Source of the DNA: an uncultured virus (IMG/VR IMGVR_UViG_3300007734_000756)
Taxonomy: Duplodnaviria > Heunggongvirae > Uroviricota > Caudoviricetes
Strand: one strand, 5' to 3'
Virus record (IMG/VR): IMGVR_UViG_3300007734_000756
Length of the DNA stretch: 64,000 bases
In this document: in pieces, positions 1 to 8,637 of the stretch
Layout: each line of letters begins with the position of its first letter
Numbering within the stretch: position 1 is the stretch's first letter
Made by a program: the position numbers and the translations under genes
Notes under the pieces: generated by a model
Told to the model about the DNA's origin: nothing
The model's input: the letters and a program-made list of their open reading frames with translations, nothing else
Databases searched by the model: none

Positions 1-117
1 CGCCGTTGGCAGTGCCTGCGTTTAACACAGGGTTAGCAGAGAACGTCACCACCCCAGTAGAGTCCGCCAGCGTCATCGAAGCCGTACCATCCTTGGCTTT
101 GATGTTCGTGACTTCTA
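1..117. repeat. Near-identical copy of 61956..62072
   Basis: Manual alignment 113/117 nt; mismatches at 2, 11, 41, 110, all synonymous third positions. Confidence 0.9.
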
Positions 118-955
118 GGTTGGTTAGGTCTAGGGTCGTAAAATTAACCGTCCCCGCCGTTACCGTCCCACCAAAGTACGCATTACCAGCAGCTACATAC
201 AAAGAGTATGGGTTGGTGATCGTTGCGCTACCTGCCGCAGCTGGCGCTCCTGCAATGTAGACCGTTGCTGCGTCTGTATAAGTAACAATGTTACTGGTGG
301 ATAGCGTTGGGGTACTAAACACCGTAAACGGTGCAAGCGCTTGCGTTGTGCCGCCAGCCGTCCCAGTGTCGGTATAGGTAGCCCCTTTGATCCAAGCCAG
401 TGCGGGCGCGCTCGCGCTGAGCGTGGTGGTTTTGGAAATATTGGAGTTTGCGGCTATCACCTGGCCATTGATAGTCGTGGTGTCTGCCCCGGCGTTTCCG
501 AGCGTTGAATTGCCGTTGACGCTTAGATTGCCGTTTACAACAAAGTTTCCGTGAACATAGTTGCCAATCTCAACAAAGTCTGACCCGTTCCAGGCTACTT
601 GCGCTGTTTGGCCGGCCCCAATCGTCACGCCCGAAGTGGCCGCTCCTTTGATAACCACCGCGCCGTCTGATTGATTGATGACGACATAAATCTTTGCTTG
701 ACTCGGAGCAACCACGTTTCGCGTTGTGCCAGGCGTCCCCGTAATGATCAGGGTGGACATCCTTGCTTGATTGGACGATCCGTTGGTGGTGCTTAACGTG
801 ACGTTGCCAGCGGTAACGCTGATACTCGCGGCATTGGCAACCGCGTCCTCAAGAAGCGCAGTAATCTCGTCATTAACAACCGTGCCCCACTGGCCTGTTT
901 CGGTTCCCGTGACCGGCTGTGCAAGCCCAAGCAATGCGGTGTAGCTGATAGTCAT
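1..955 (-). CDS. Tail fibre protein, N-terminal part (runs off window start); alternative version of 60298..62970
   Basis: Not in ORF track. ATG at 955 reads MTISYTALLGLAQPVTGTETGQWGTVVN...EVTNIKAKDGTASMTLADSTGVVTFSANPVLNAGTANG, open to position 1; homologous to 60298..62970. Confidence 0.85.
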   Translation of the reverse strand, partial: MTISYTALLGLAQPVTGTETGQWGTVVNDEITALLEDAVANAASISVTAGNVTLSTTNGSSNQARMSTLIITGTPGTTRNVVAPSQAKIYVVINQSDGAVVIKGAATSGVTIGAGQTAQVAWNGSDFVEIGNYVHGNFVVNGNLSVNGNSTLGNAGADTTTINGQVIAANSNISKTTTLSASAPALAWIKGATYTDTGTAGGTTQALAPFTVFSTPTLSTSNIVTYTDAATVYIAGAPAAAGSATITNPYSLYVAAGNAYFGGTVTAGTVNFTTLDLTNLEVTNIKAKDGTASMTLADSTGVVTFSANPVLNAGTANG

Positions 956-966
956 TTCTCAATCCT

Positions 967-1938
967 TTACGCTGCAAGCGTGATTTCTTCCCAATCCGGC
1001 GTCTGGGCATCATTTATGTTTGACCAGGTAACGGATTGGCTATCGTTTACCGCGCCCCAAGTCACTGATTGGGTTGTATTAACGGCGCCCCATGTGACTG
1101 ACTGGCTGTCGTTAATTGCCCCCCAATTTGGGATCTGCCCATCGTCAATTAGACCCCATACTAAGACATTTCCAACAATCCCGGAAGCTGCAACTCCAGT
1201 CAAATTGACCGCTGCGCCGCCGGTCGTCGTGACACTGCCAACCTGCCCGGTGGCCGAGCTGCCTAATACAGAAACCGTGGCGCCGGCGCTAACATCTACT
1301 GTGCCAACTTCTCCAGTGGCCGAAACCCCTGTAACACTGACGTTGGCGTCGCCAGTAACCGCGACACTGCCCACTTGGCCGGTTGCTGACACCCCGTCGG
1401 CAAGAACAATGACAGAGTTACCAATAACATCAACCGACCCTACCTCGCCAGTGGCCGACGATCCAGTAACGTCAACATTTGCAGCTGCTGCAACCTCAAC
1501 CGAACCCACCTGCCCGGATGCAAAAACACCCGTCACATCGGTGTTTGCGTCGCCAGTAACCGCGACATTCCCCACTTCGCCTGAAGCGGTAACACCTGTT
1601 ACTTCAACATTCGCATCGGCGGCGACCGTAATACCTGTCACTTCGCCCGTGGCCGCAACCCCGGTTACATCAGTGTTGGCGTCGCCCGTAACGTCAACTT
1701 GGCCGACTTGGCCAGAAGCAGTAACACCTGTTACTTCAACGTCTGCGCCGCCAGTAACCTCTACGCTACCAACCTGGCCACTCGCGGAAACGCCCGTAAC
1801 CTCTACATCGGCGCTTGCCTCAACGACAACAGCCCCGACTTGCCCGGTCGCAACCAGGCTTACGGAGCCCTCGCCCCAAGCCGCCTCACCCCAGGCTAGG
1901 GCGCCCCAGCCTCCAAGCGGGACGGTAACGTCATCCAC
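967..1938 (-). CDS. V/T/G-repeat virion (tail/fibre-associated) protein
   Basis: Repeats like VTGVSATGEVGTV; GWG N-terminus and W-spaced C-terminal repeats; homolog of 62978..63946. Confidence 0.8.
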   Translation of the reverse strand: MDDVTVPLGGWGALAWGEAAWGEGSVSLVATGQVGAVVVEASADVEVTGVSASGQVGSVEVTGGADVEVTGVTASGQVGQVDVTGDANTDVTGVAATGEVTGITVAADANVEVTGVTASGEVGNVAVTGDANTDVTGVFASGQVGSVEVAAAANVDVTGSSATGEVGSVDVIGNSVIVLADGVSATGQVGSVAVTGDANVSVTGVSATGEVGTVDVSAGATVSVLGSSATGQVGSVTTTGGAAVNLTGVAASGIVGNVLVWGLIDDGQIPNWGAINDSQSVTWGAVNTTQSVTWGAVNDSQSVTWSNINDAQTPDWEEITLAA

Positions 1939-1950
1939 ATTTCAGCCCTA

Positions 1951-2388
1951 TCAGGCAATGCGGATGATGGCATTAGAAGCATCAGCTGCCGGGAAGATGA
2001 TCTGAAACGTCCCGTTGGTGGAAGTTTTGGCGCCGCCAAAATCCAGCACCACCACAGCCGGATCGCCGGTTGCGCTGTCGTTGTAAATCAATGCGCCATA
2101 GGCGGTAATCGTGGCGGTCGTAAACGACAGGTCTGCGAAGTCAGTAAACGCCGTGGTGCCTGAAGTGGTCGGGGTAACGTTGGTCAACGCGCCGCCGCCC
2201 GCCGAGTACGAACCGCTGGCCGTTACTTCGTTGGTCGTGGTGTACGCCGTGGTCGCGGCTGTAAACGATGCGCTGTTGGTGTACAGAGCTAGCTTAAACG
2301 TATTGCCCGTTCCCGACGTAAAGTTGTGAATCGCTTGCATCAGCTGCTGCTTAAAGCTGGTGCACATGAAGTTTCCCGTAAACGCCAT
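1951..2388 (-). CDS. Virion structural protein (tail-associated)
   Basis: Likely start MAFTGNFMCTSFKQQL; FKLALYT and GALIYN motifs, ends AIIRIA; homolog fragment at the window end. Confidence 0.75.
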   Translation of the reverse strand: MAFTGNFMCTSFKQQLMQAIHNFTSGTGNTFKLALYTNSASFTAATTAYTTTNEVTASGSYSAGGGALTNVTPTTSGTTAFTDFADLSFTTATITAYGALIYNDSATGDPAVVVLDFGGAKTSTNGTFQIIFPAADASNAIIRIA

Positions 2389-2389
2389 A

Positions 2390-2671
2390 TTAGTTCTCCA
2401 AAATGGTTGCGAGTTCGGGATGACCGGCATCCCGGAGGCGAGTTGCGATAGTGTGCCTATCGTTGCGGATTGCATCCCTGATGTAGAACGTCACAACAGC
2501 GTGAATGTGATCCTTGAATGCCTGCGCTTGATCCCGAATCGCTGGGTGAGTTTGATTGCCCACGGAAATGATCTTGTCTACGCACCTGTGCGCCACCTCC
2601 TCAGGAGCAAACCCTCGATCATCGGTCGTTCTGACTTGCACGCCGGATACGCCTGTAGTCATGGTAATCAT
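2390..2671 (-). CDS. Hypothetical phage protein
   Basis: 93-aa ORF tightly packed in the structural operon. Confidence 0.7.
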   Translation of the reverse strand: MITMTTGVSGVQVRTTDDRGFAPEEVAHRCVDKIISVGNQTHPAIRDQAQAFKDHIHAVVTFYIRDAIRNDRHTIATRLRDAGHPELATILEN

Positions 2672-3354
2672 GCGACGGGATACCTTACCTGGCCAGAACG
2701 ATAAGTGTCTTGACGATCTTTGCCATCACCAAGCGCCTTGAGGAGCGCCAGCGCTTCGTCGTAGCGTGATTTGTACACGCCAATTACGTCAGGCTCGCCC
2801 TTCATAAAAGTGTATGCCTCTAGCAGCGCTCCGTAGAGCAATGCGCTATCAAAGTTATCCCCAAGCCAAGTCGTCCCGGTCAGCGAGTCTACGATACTTG
2901 TGGGATAGCCGTAATAGTGCATCTCCATGCTGTATGACGCATCTGGTGTTGGCCCCAGGATCATTGTGTTGTTGTCAAAGATTGCGTAATGAGTCGGCTC
3001 AGCATAGTCCGTTGGATCCGGGAACATCGCACGGATGAACTCCACATCCTTGTTTAACAAATACTCTTGTGTGCCGTCGTTGCGAATGATGGCCAGCGAA
3101 AACATCGCCAACCAGTCGCTTGGCATGGAAAGATATTTGTTTTGAAGCGTGCAGTTACCCGACACGCTTTTCCGCAACGCCGGCAGCTGAACGGTGTTAT
3201 AGATGCGCTGCTCGGCCTGTTTGATGAACGTATCAACCTGTTCCTTTTGGGTAAAGGTAACAGTCCCGGTGCCGGCAGAGTCCGTCCAAGTTGTGCCAGG
3301 GAAATCGTTTTCAACGTATCCCTTGATTGTCTCAAACAGGGTCGAGTAGTTCAT
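2668..3354 (-). CDS. Putative head-tail adaptor / tail tubular protein
   Basis: Likely start MNYSTLFETIKGY; TWLGDNFDSALLYGALLEAY motif; position in structural operon. Confidence 0.6.
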   Translation of the reverse strand: MNYSTLFETIKGYVENDFPGTTWTDSAGTGTVTFTQKEQVDTFIKQAEQRIYNTVQLPALRKSVSGNCTLQNKYLSMPSDWLAMFSLAIIRNDGTQEYLLNKDVEFIRAMFPDPTDYAEPTHYAIFDNNTMILGPTPDASYSMEMHYYGYPTSIVDSLTGTTWLGDNFDSALLYGALLEAYTFMKGEPDVIGVYKSRYDEALALLKALGDGKDRQDTYRSGQVRYPVA

Positions 3355-3355
3355 A

Positions 3356-3559
3356 TCACCCCATCTTCTGACTATTGCTGTTGCCGCGCGTCGTGTTCTT
3401 GGTGCCGCGCGTGCGCATCGTTTGCGTGTTGGCAACGTTATTTGGGTAGCCGTTCTCTCCCATCGTATCCGTGTATCCCTTGGGCTGAGTGTATTTGCCG
3501 ATGGGATCTTTGGTGTCCGGCGAGAAGAAATGGAACTTGTCGTTGGCTTTGCTCATCAT
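3356..3559 (-). CDS. Small basic virion-type protein
   Basis: ATGA-coupled to the upstream gene; basic C-terminus. Confidence 0.6.
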   Translation of the reverse strand: MMSKANDKFHFFSPDTKDPIGKYTQPKGYTDTMGENGYPNNVANTQTMRTRGTKNTTRGNSNSQKMG

Positions 3560-3765
3560 TTCGCTCCTGTTTTGCGATAGGTGAAGCTGGGAACCTTTTG
3601 GTTCGCAACTTTAGCCATGCCTCGTCCAAGCTGTTTTCGCTGCAACGAAGTAACGCCGCCTTTTGCATAACCTTTCCCGTGCATCCGACCTTCGTGTCCC
3701 TTGACTTCTGCCTTGGCAATGCTCTTTACCTTTTTGACATCGCCGCCTGAAAGATACTTGTTCAT
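3556..3765 (-). CDS. Small basic protein with YxxGG motifs
   Basis: AGGAGG RBS; YLSGG and YAKGG motifs; Lys-rich. Confidence 0.7.
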   Translation of the reverse strand: MNKYLSGGDVKKVKSIAKAEVKGHEGRMHGKGYAKGGVTSLQRKQLGRGMAKVANQKVPSFTYRKTGAK

Positions 3766-3773
3766 CTTACCTC

Positions 3774-4208
3774 CTAAGTGGTTGTGACCGACACCGATCC
3801 GACAGAACCAGTAGCCTGTAGATTATCCTGCAATCCAACGATTTGTAATGGGTTGTTCAGCCCAACTGGATTCCACCCCCACTGGATGATTCGGCTGCCA
3901 CCCTCCGGCTGGCCGAACGCATACGGATCCGCCGTGGGGAGCGTCAGCGGCTGCGTTTGCAGGCCATTCAGTCCCGACTGAAGGTAACTTGTGTCCGGCC
4001 TCGGGTTGCGTAGCGCCTGAGGGTCGTCCACCGGATACATCCCAAGCTGGAGCTGCGGCTGATCGGGTTCCCAGCACGTTGGGCACACCAGCAGGTTGAC
4101 ATTCTTGGTTTTGACAACCAATGTTCTCAATTGCTTTAGCTGATAGCGGAACCCACATCGGTCGCACTCCGAAATTGCGTATTTGCCAGATGCAAACCTG
4201 TTTGGCAT
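3774..4208 (-). CDS. Zn-ribbon-containing conserved phage protein
   Basis: CDRC and CPTC pairs. Confidence 0.7.
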   Translation of the reverse strand: MPNRFASGKYAISECDRCGFRYQLKQLRTLVVKTKNVNLLVCPTCWEPDQPQLQLGMYPVDDPQALRNPRPDTSYLQSGLNGLQTQPLTLPTADPYAFGQPEGGSRIIQWGWNPVGLNNPLQIVGLQDNLQATGSVGSVSVTTT

Positions 4209-4215
4209 AGCAGCC

Positions 4216-5130
4216 TCAGATGAACATCTGTCGCGGCGCTATCCGCAAGGCCGCCTTCTCTCGATCTTCCGAAGAAGCCAGCAACCACTGCTCTTCATAG
4301 TCCAGTTTCAGCCGGTCTACCCGGCCCTGCCCCTCCGGGATCTTCATGGCAATGTAGTACGCCAGCCCCGACACCAGGCACGGCATCAATCTGAACGGGA
4401 TGTCTTGGTTGTCGCGGCCATTGCCGGCATCATCAATACGTCGTAGCCGCCAATAGACAAACGTATAGAAGTTGCTCTGGTCAGGCGACGGCCAAACATT
4501 GATGCAAGGCAAGTTGTTAAGAGATACCGCTGCACCCGATGAGTGGCCCGCAGCTGTGGTGCCGTTTTGCCCACGAATGCACCCGGTTAGTGTCACACCG
4601 CTGATGCCAGTATATTGAATAGTTTCACTTCCAATATTGACAAACCCAACCTGCGGAAGCGCCGTAGGGGCTGCGCTTAACGTAATCGTAGTGTCGCCCG
4701 CCAACAGATTGCCACTCAACGTAAGCCCTGTCTCTGATACCGTCCCTGACTGGCGGTTGATCCACACTTGAATCGGGCGGCCCTGAGCGTTTTTGTTCGG
4801 GATTGTCGCGTAGGTGGAAACAGAAATCCGAGTGATGTTGATGTCGGTCTGTCCGATGCCTGTTTGCGTTCTGACTACTTGGTCTAGCAGATCAATCGTA
4901 TCAACCGGAAAGTTGTACGCAATCTGTGCTTGGTTCAGTGCAATCTGCCCCTGCTCAATCGTCCAGAGGTTTATCCCGCGATTGGCCCACTCGATGGTCA
5001 GCAGGTTCAAGCTCCGACGGGCTGTCCTGACGTTGTAGCCCGACCGAATCTCGCCACCCGCTCGCTCGAAAGCCTCCTCCATCAAATTGGCTAGGTCGAG
5101 GTTGAATAACGTGGTTCCGGTCGTTGTCAT
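4216..5130 (-). CDS. Putative head-tail adaptor / tail tubular protein A-like
   Basis: EEAFERAG...ARRSLNLL..EWANRG.NLW and PFR..PCLVSGLAYY motifs; location. Confidence 0.6.
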   Translation of the reverse strand: MTTTGTTLFNLDLANLMEEAFERAGGEIRSGYNVRTARRSLNLLTIEWANRGINLWTIEQGQIALNQAQIAYNFPVDTIDLLDQVVRTQTGIGQTDINITRISVSTYATIPNKNAQGRPIQVWINRQSGTVSETGLTLSGNLLAGDTTITLSAAPTALPQVGFVNIGSETIQYTGISGVTLTGCIRGQNGTTAAGHSSGAAVSLNNLPCINVWPSPDQSNFYTFVYWRLRRIDDAGNGRDNQDIPFRLMPCLVSGLAYYIAMKIPEGQGRVDRLKLDYEEQWLLASSEDREKAALRIAPRQMFI

Positions 5131-5196
5131 GCTGATTTCCTGATGGCGCGCTGATTTTGTTTTTCCGTCTTTTCTCTTTGCGCAGGTGGTTGGCCA

Positions 5197-5430
5197 TTAC
5201 CGAAAGGCAGCTGTCTTCTTGGCAATGCGATTGGGTTGCGCAACGAATTGCTGGCCCTTGGCTTTGCCAGCCCGCTTTGCCCTGGTCGTCGCCGCATATT
5301 CCGCCGGCGTCAGAGACTTGATGGCCGCCTCAGGCAAATACCTTTCGCCCGTCTTCGACGACGGTTTACCAGACTTTGTACGCCATTTCTGCGCAGTCCA
5401 GTCTTTAAGCGACTGCTGAGGAGATTTCAC
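5197..5430 (-). CDS. Basic protein resembling the C-terminal half of DUF5872
   Basis: QQSLKDWTAQKWRTKSG...GERYLP motif. Confidence 0.6.
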   Translation of the reverse strand: MKSPQQSLKDWTAQKWRTKSGKPSSKTGERYLPEAAIKSLTPAEYAATTRAKRAGKAKGQQFVAQPNRIAKKTAAFR

Positions 5431-5603
5431 TCAAAATCCTCTTCGATCAACCCAGCTTCTTCTAGCTCAAGCTCTGCCTGTATTTCCTCTGCGTCACAAG
5501 TACACGGGCCTTCGTCATGAACGGCGCACCAGTCCGTACATTTGACCGAGATGGATCTGTTTGTAACCGTCGTTTTGATTCTCAACGCTTCTATATCAAT
5601 CAC
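5427..5603 (-). CDS. Small acidic Cys/His protein
   Basis: GTG at 5603, MIDIEAL...CTDWCAVHDEGPCTC; overlaps both neighbours. Confidence 0.5.
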   Translation of the reverse strand: MIDIEALRIKTTVTNRSISVKCTDWCAVHDEGPCTCDAEEIQAELELEEAGLIEEDFE

Positions 5604-5873
5604 GATACCCACCTCCCTTGGCCTTGTATTGCTTTGCCAATAGCTGCGCTTTTCTCGCGCTCCATTGCCCTGCCGCAGTCCCTTGTGTCGCCTGTCCTTT
5701 GATGCGGTTAAAAAGCGCTTTCCGCATACCGGGCTTGGTGTAGTTGCCGGCCTCGTTAACACGGCTCACCTTTCCGCCCTCGGCGTACTCGGTGAAGTCT
5801 GTGTCATCGCGTCGCTTGCGGCGCTCTGGAACTTTGGATGGGTTGATTGCGCCCATCCCGCGACTGGGCATCA
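5596..5873 (-). CDS. Basic protein resembling the N-terminal half of DUF5872, with YAEGG motif
   Basis: MMPSRGMG... NYTKPGMRK...GQWSARKAQLLAKQYKAKGGGY; start position approximate. Confidence 0.6.
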
Positions 5874-5875
5874 TG

Positions 5876-6385
5876 TCAGCAGTACCGTTTAGCCATGCCG
5901 CCCTTGGCCATCTTGCCCTTGCCATCAGCAGCAAATGCCGGAACCATCTTGCCGCCTTTGTTGACCATGGCCATGCCGCCAGCTGCCATTTTTACCATGG
6001 AGCCTTTGGTCTTGCCTTTCATGGCAACGCCATCGGCAGTTTTGTGACCCATGGCCAGGCCGCCAGCCTTCATACCCATGTTGCCCATTTGTTTGGGATT
6101 GGGCAGGCGCTTCGGGATGCCGCCCGCTTCCATGCCGGCCTCCGCCATTTCGTGGCGAACCATTGATTTGGGGGCGCCCTTCTTTTTCATGAAGGACAGT
6201 TCCTTTTTCATCATCGCTTTAGACTCTTTCATTTCTCCACCTTTGGAAAAGGTCATGCCTTTGTTAGATTTGCCAAACTCTTTCGGTACGGAGCTCTTCT
6301 TGGCCGGGCGCTTTGACATTGCATAGCCGCCCTGCTCAACTGACTTGCCGCCAGTTGACCAATTGCCAAGCGATAGCTTCTTCAC
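5876..6385 (-). CDS. Lys/Met/Gly-rich protein with multiple [FM]xxGG motifs
   Basis: FSKGG, MEAGG, MKAGG, MAAGG, MAKGG; ADGVAMKGKTKG; GTG start overlaps upstream stop. Confidence 0.7.
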   Translation of the reverse strand: MKKLSLGNWSTGGKSVEQGGYAMSKRPAKKSSVPKEFGKSNKGMTFSKGGEMKESKAMMKKELSFMKKKGAPKSMVRHEMAEAGMEAGGIPKRLPNPKQMGNMGMKAGGLAMGHKTADGVAMKGKTKGSMVKMAAGGMAMVNKGGKMVPAFAADGKGKMAKGGMAKRYC

Positions 6386-6525
6386 AGCATCTTGCCTTTA
6401 GTCTTGCCGCGCTGGGCGCACCCATCGGCGCGCTTGGATGCGGATCCGCCGTGCTTAAACGACGTGGTGCGCGACTGCTCATAAGCAGACTTGGCGTCTT
6501 TGATCATCTTTGGGGGCATCGTCAT
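6382..6525 (-). CDS. 47-aa basic protein (below ORF-track cutoff)
   Basis: MTMPPKMIKDAKSAYEQSRTTSFKHGGSASKRADGCAQRGKTKGKML; shares ADGxAxxGKTKG with the neighbour. Confidence 0.7.
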   Translation of the reverse strand: MTMPPKMIKDAKSAYEQSRTTSFKHGGSASKRADGCAQRGKTKGKML

Positions 6526-6526
6526 G

Positions 6527-6769
6527 TTACGCATTTGGGTTCCTTTGCATCAGATTGTCAATCTTCTGTTCTAGCTTGTTAAACCGCTGATCAATGTGCT
6601 GAGAAATTCGATTGATCTCATCGTTTGTGATGTTGTCTCGCGCAATCTCTTCTCTGGTTCGGTTAAGAAGAATTTGCACTCTCTGCAACTCATCCCACAT
6701 CACTTTCAATAGCCACAGCACCAGGCCAGAGACAAATGAAAGGATGACATTCCATAGCATCATTTCCAT
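6527..6769 (-). CDS. Small membrane-anchored coiled-coil protein
   Basis: N-terminal hydrophobic helix followed by heptad repeats. Confidence 0.7.
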   Translation of the reverse strand: MEMMLWNVILSFVSGLVLWLLKVMWDELQRVQILLNRTREEIARDNITNDEINRISQHIDQRFNKLEQKIDNLMQRNPNA

Positions 6770-6770
6770 C

Positions 6771-7025
6771 TCAACACTTCCACTTGCGCAGCGCCTTATT
6801 GATACGGCTGTTTGGATCGTTAGCCGTCTTCGCGGATGTCAGCTTGCTCTTCATCCCGGACATCCTCGCGCAAAACGATTTCTTCCTGGCGCCACCCTCG
6901 GGCTGCGGAGCTTTCAACCCCGGCTTCCCCGGATTGGCTTTGTTGTACGAAGCGCGCCCTTTGGCATTCAAACCACCAGAGGGACTCTTTCCTTCTGATC
7001 GTTGCCATGCTGGGGTCTTTGCCAT
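6771..7025 (-). CDS. Conserved basic phage protein (DUF6321-like)
   Basis: GGLNAKGRASYN...RKKSFCARM...SRINKALRKWKC. Confidence 0.7.
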   Translation of the reverse strand: MAKTPAWQRSEGKSPSGGLNAKGRASYNKANPGKPGLKAPQPEGGARKKSFCARMSGMKSKLTSAKTANDPNSRINKALRKWKC

Positions 7026-7762
7026 TAAGCCACCCGTTTGCTCTCAATGGGGTTGATCATTGGGTACAGCACATCTCGCCCAAAGTCACCCTCGTATTCC
7101 TGCACGCCCATGTGGCCAAGTTTGATCGTCGGGTCAACCCAAATTTCGTACCCGATTGCACGCGCTCGGTCGCAGAACAAATAGTCTTCGCCCATGTAGC
7201 CTTCCTCGGTTACAAGGAAATCAAACACGGCATTAAGCAACTTTTCGGTGTTGTGATCGTGATAGTTCCACTGGGGGTTTTCGTTGACTAGGCGCTCAAA
7301 GACTTCGCGGCGAACCAGCATAAAAGCGGTAGCAATGCGCTTGGCACGCACCAGGCCCATGCGGTTCATTGTTACCCCTTCTTCGTCCTGATCTAGCTGC
7401 GCGATATACACTTTGTCCGTTTTTCTGGTGCGTGGCACGCCGCCTACAATCCCTTTCTTGGGATCGGTAGCCCAGGCCATAAGGCGCAACACTGAATCCG
7501 GCTCAAAGTTGATGTCTGCGTCAATGAACATCAGGTCTGTGCTGTCTGTGTCCAGAAAGTCTCGCACTAGTAAATTACGGGCGCGAGACACCACGGAACA
7601 TCCGCAGATGCTGCCTATGCTCAGGTCAACCCCATGCTGCGGCAGCTGCTGGGCTAACCTTGCCAGCGATACCGCCAGCTTGAGGCTGACCTTGAAGTCA
7701 TAGGCGGGCAGAGCCACAAATAACTTGCGACCTGCGAGGCTGTAGCTCTGCTCACTTTGCAT
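7025..7762 (-). CDS. Glycosyltransferase-like (GT-A fold) protein
   Basis: SRARN, FIDAD (DxD), GEDYLFC, LGH motifs; paralog of 23135..23959. Confidence 0.7.
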   Translation of the reverse strand: MQSEQSYSLAGRKLFVALPAYDFKVSLKLAVSLARLAQQLPQHGVDLSIGSICGCSVVSRARNLLVRDFLDTDSTDLMFIDADINFEPDSVLRLMAWATDPKKGIVGGVPRTRKTDKVYIAQLDQDEEGVTMNRMGLVRAKRIATAFMLVRREVFERLVNENPQWNYHDHNTEKLLNAVFDFLVTEEGYMGEDYLFCDRARAIGYEIWVDPTIKLGHMGVQEYEGDFGRDVLYPMINPIESKRVA

Positions 7763-7765
7763 AAA

Positions 7766-8071
7766 TCACCCGTAGAACAACACAACCGACGCTACGTTTG
7801 AAACCGTGCCATGCACATCTGTTTCAAACAACAAGCCTTGGCCGGGAATTAGCAATTGTGTTGGCTGGGTCGCCGACGCAACGGTGTTAATAACAACCAC
7901 CGTTGTGCCGCCCGACCCGCCGTCTTTGAGTGTGACGCTACCAGCCGTCCCTGTTGGGATCAGGTAAATCGCCTTAACCCGAACACGACCAAGATTGTTC
8001 GTGTTCTGGTCTTTGAAATTACCCGTGCTGGTCAGCGCCGCACTGGCTTTGACATCGGTTTGCATAGCCAT
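7766..8071 (-). CDS. Small virion structural protein
   Basis: Beta-rich 101-aa ORF downstream of capsid genes. Confidence 0.65.
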   Translation of the reverse strand: MAMQTDVKASAALTSTGNFKDQNTNNLGRVRVKAIYLIPTGTAGSVTLKDGGSGGTTVVVINTVASATQPTQLLIPGQGLLFETDVHGTVSNVASVVLFYG

Positions 8072-8084
8072 GTTGGCCCCCTAA

Positions 8085-8624
8085 TCAGGAGTCGGCAAAC
8101 GGAGTCGCAACCGAACCAGAGCCTACCGCTACGCCAGTTACCATGTACTTGAGTGCAGCCAACGCAACAATTTGCACCCACGTTCCCGCAACTCCGCCCG
8201 TAGTGCTGCCGTTGAAGTTGATGAAATCGTTGGTTGCACCCGCGCCAAAGCCACGGGTTGCGTCAGTTGAGTCGCTATCAATGGACAGGACATAACCGAC
8301 AAACTTGTCAGTGCCGTCTGTGCCAATCTTCAGCGAACTAGTCGAAATGGTTGTGGGCACCCAAATGGTGTACACAACGCCTTCGTTGTTGGGATTGTTG
8401 GGGTCGGAACCTGGGCCGGCAGCACTTGCGTCGGCAGAGGTATTGATGGTGGGAAGCGTCAGAACGACGTTTGCCGCAAGCGACCCGCCAACAGTAATAA
8501 TGCGTCCGCCATGATCGACGGGGTTGAGCGTTGCGCTAGAGGTGATGTTAATCACCGCGCCTGGGCCTTGTTGATAAAAGCCTCCAAGCGAGCGCACTGG
8601 CCCCTGGAAAGTGGTCTGAGCCAT
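8085..8624 (-). CDS. Putative capsid-associated (decoration/fibre) protein
   Basis: Start MAQTTFQGPVRS after AAAGGA RBS; G/T/A-rich. Confidence 0.65.
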   Translation of the reverse strand: MAQTTFQGPVRSLGGFYQQGPGAVINITSSATLNPVDHGGRIITVGGSLAANVVLTLPTINTSADASAAGPGSDPNNPNNEGVVYTIWVPTTISTSSLKIGTDGTDKFVGYVLSIDSDSTDATRGFGAGATNDFINFNGSTTGGVAGTWVQIVALAALKYMVTGVAVGSGSVATPFADS

Positions 8625-8637
8625 GACTATCCTTTCG

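Noticed and set aside
1..117. Diversity-generating retroelement template/variable pair with 61956..62072
   Set aside because: No reverse transcriptase; the four differences are synonymous and both copies lie in homologous coding frames
980..2005. 341-aa plus-strand ORF and similar antisense ORFs (8738..9514, 44485..45072, 52161..52940)
   Set aside because: Shadow frames opposite well-supported minus-strand genes
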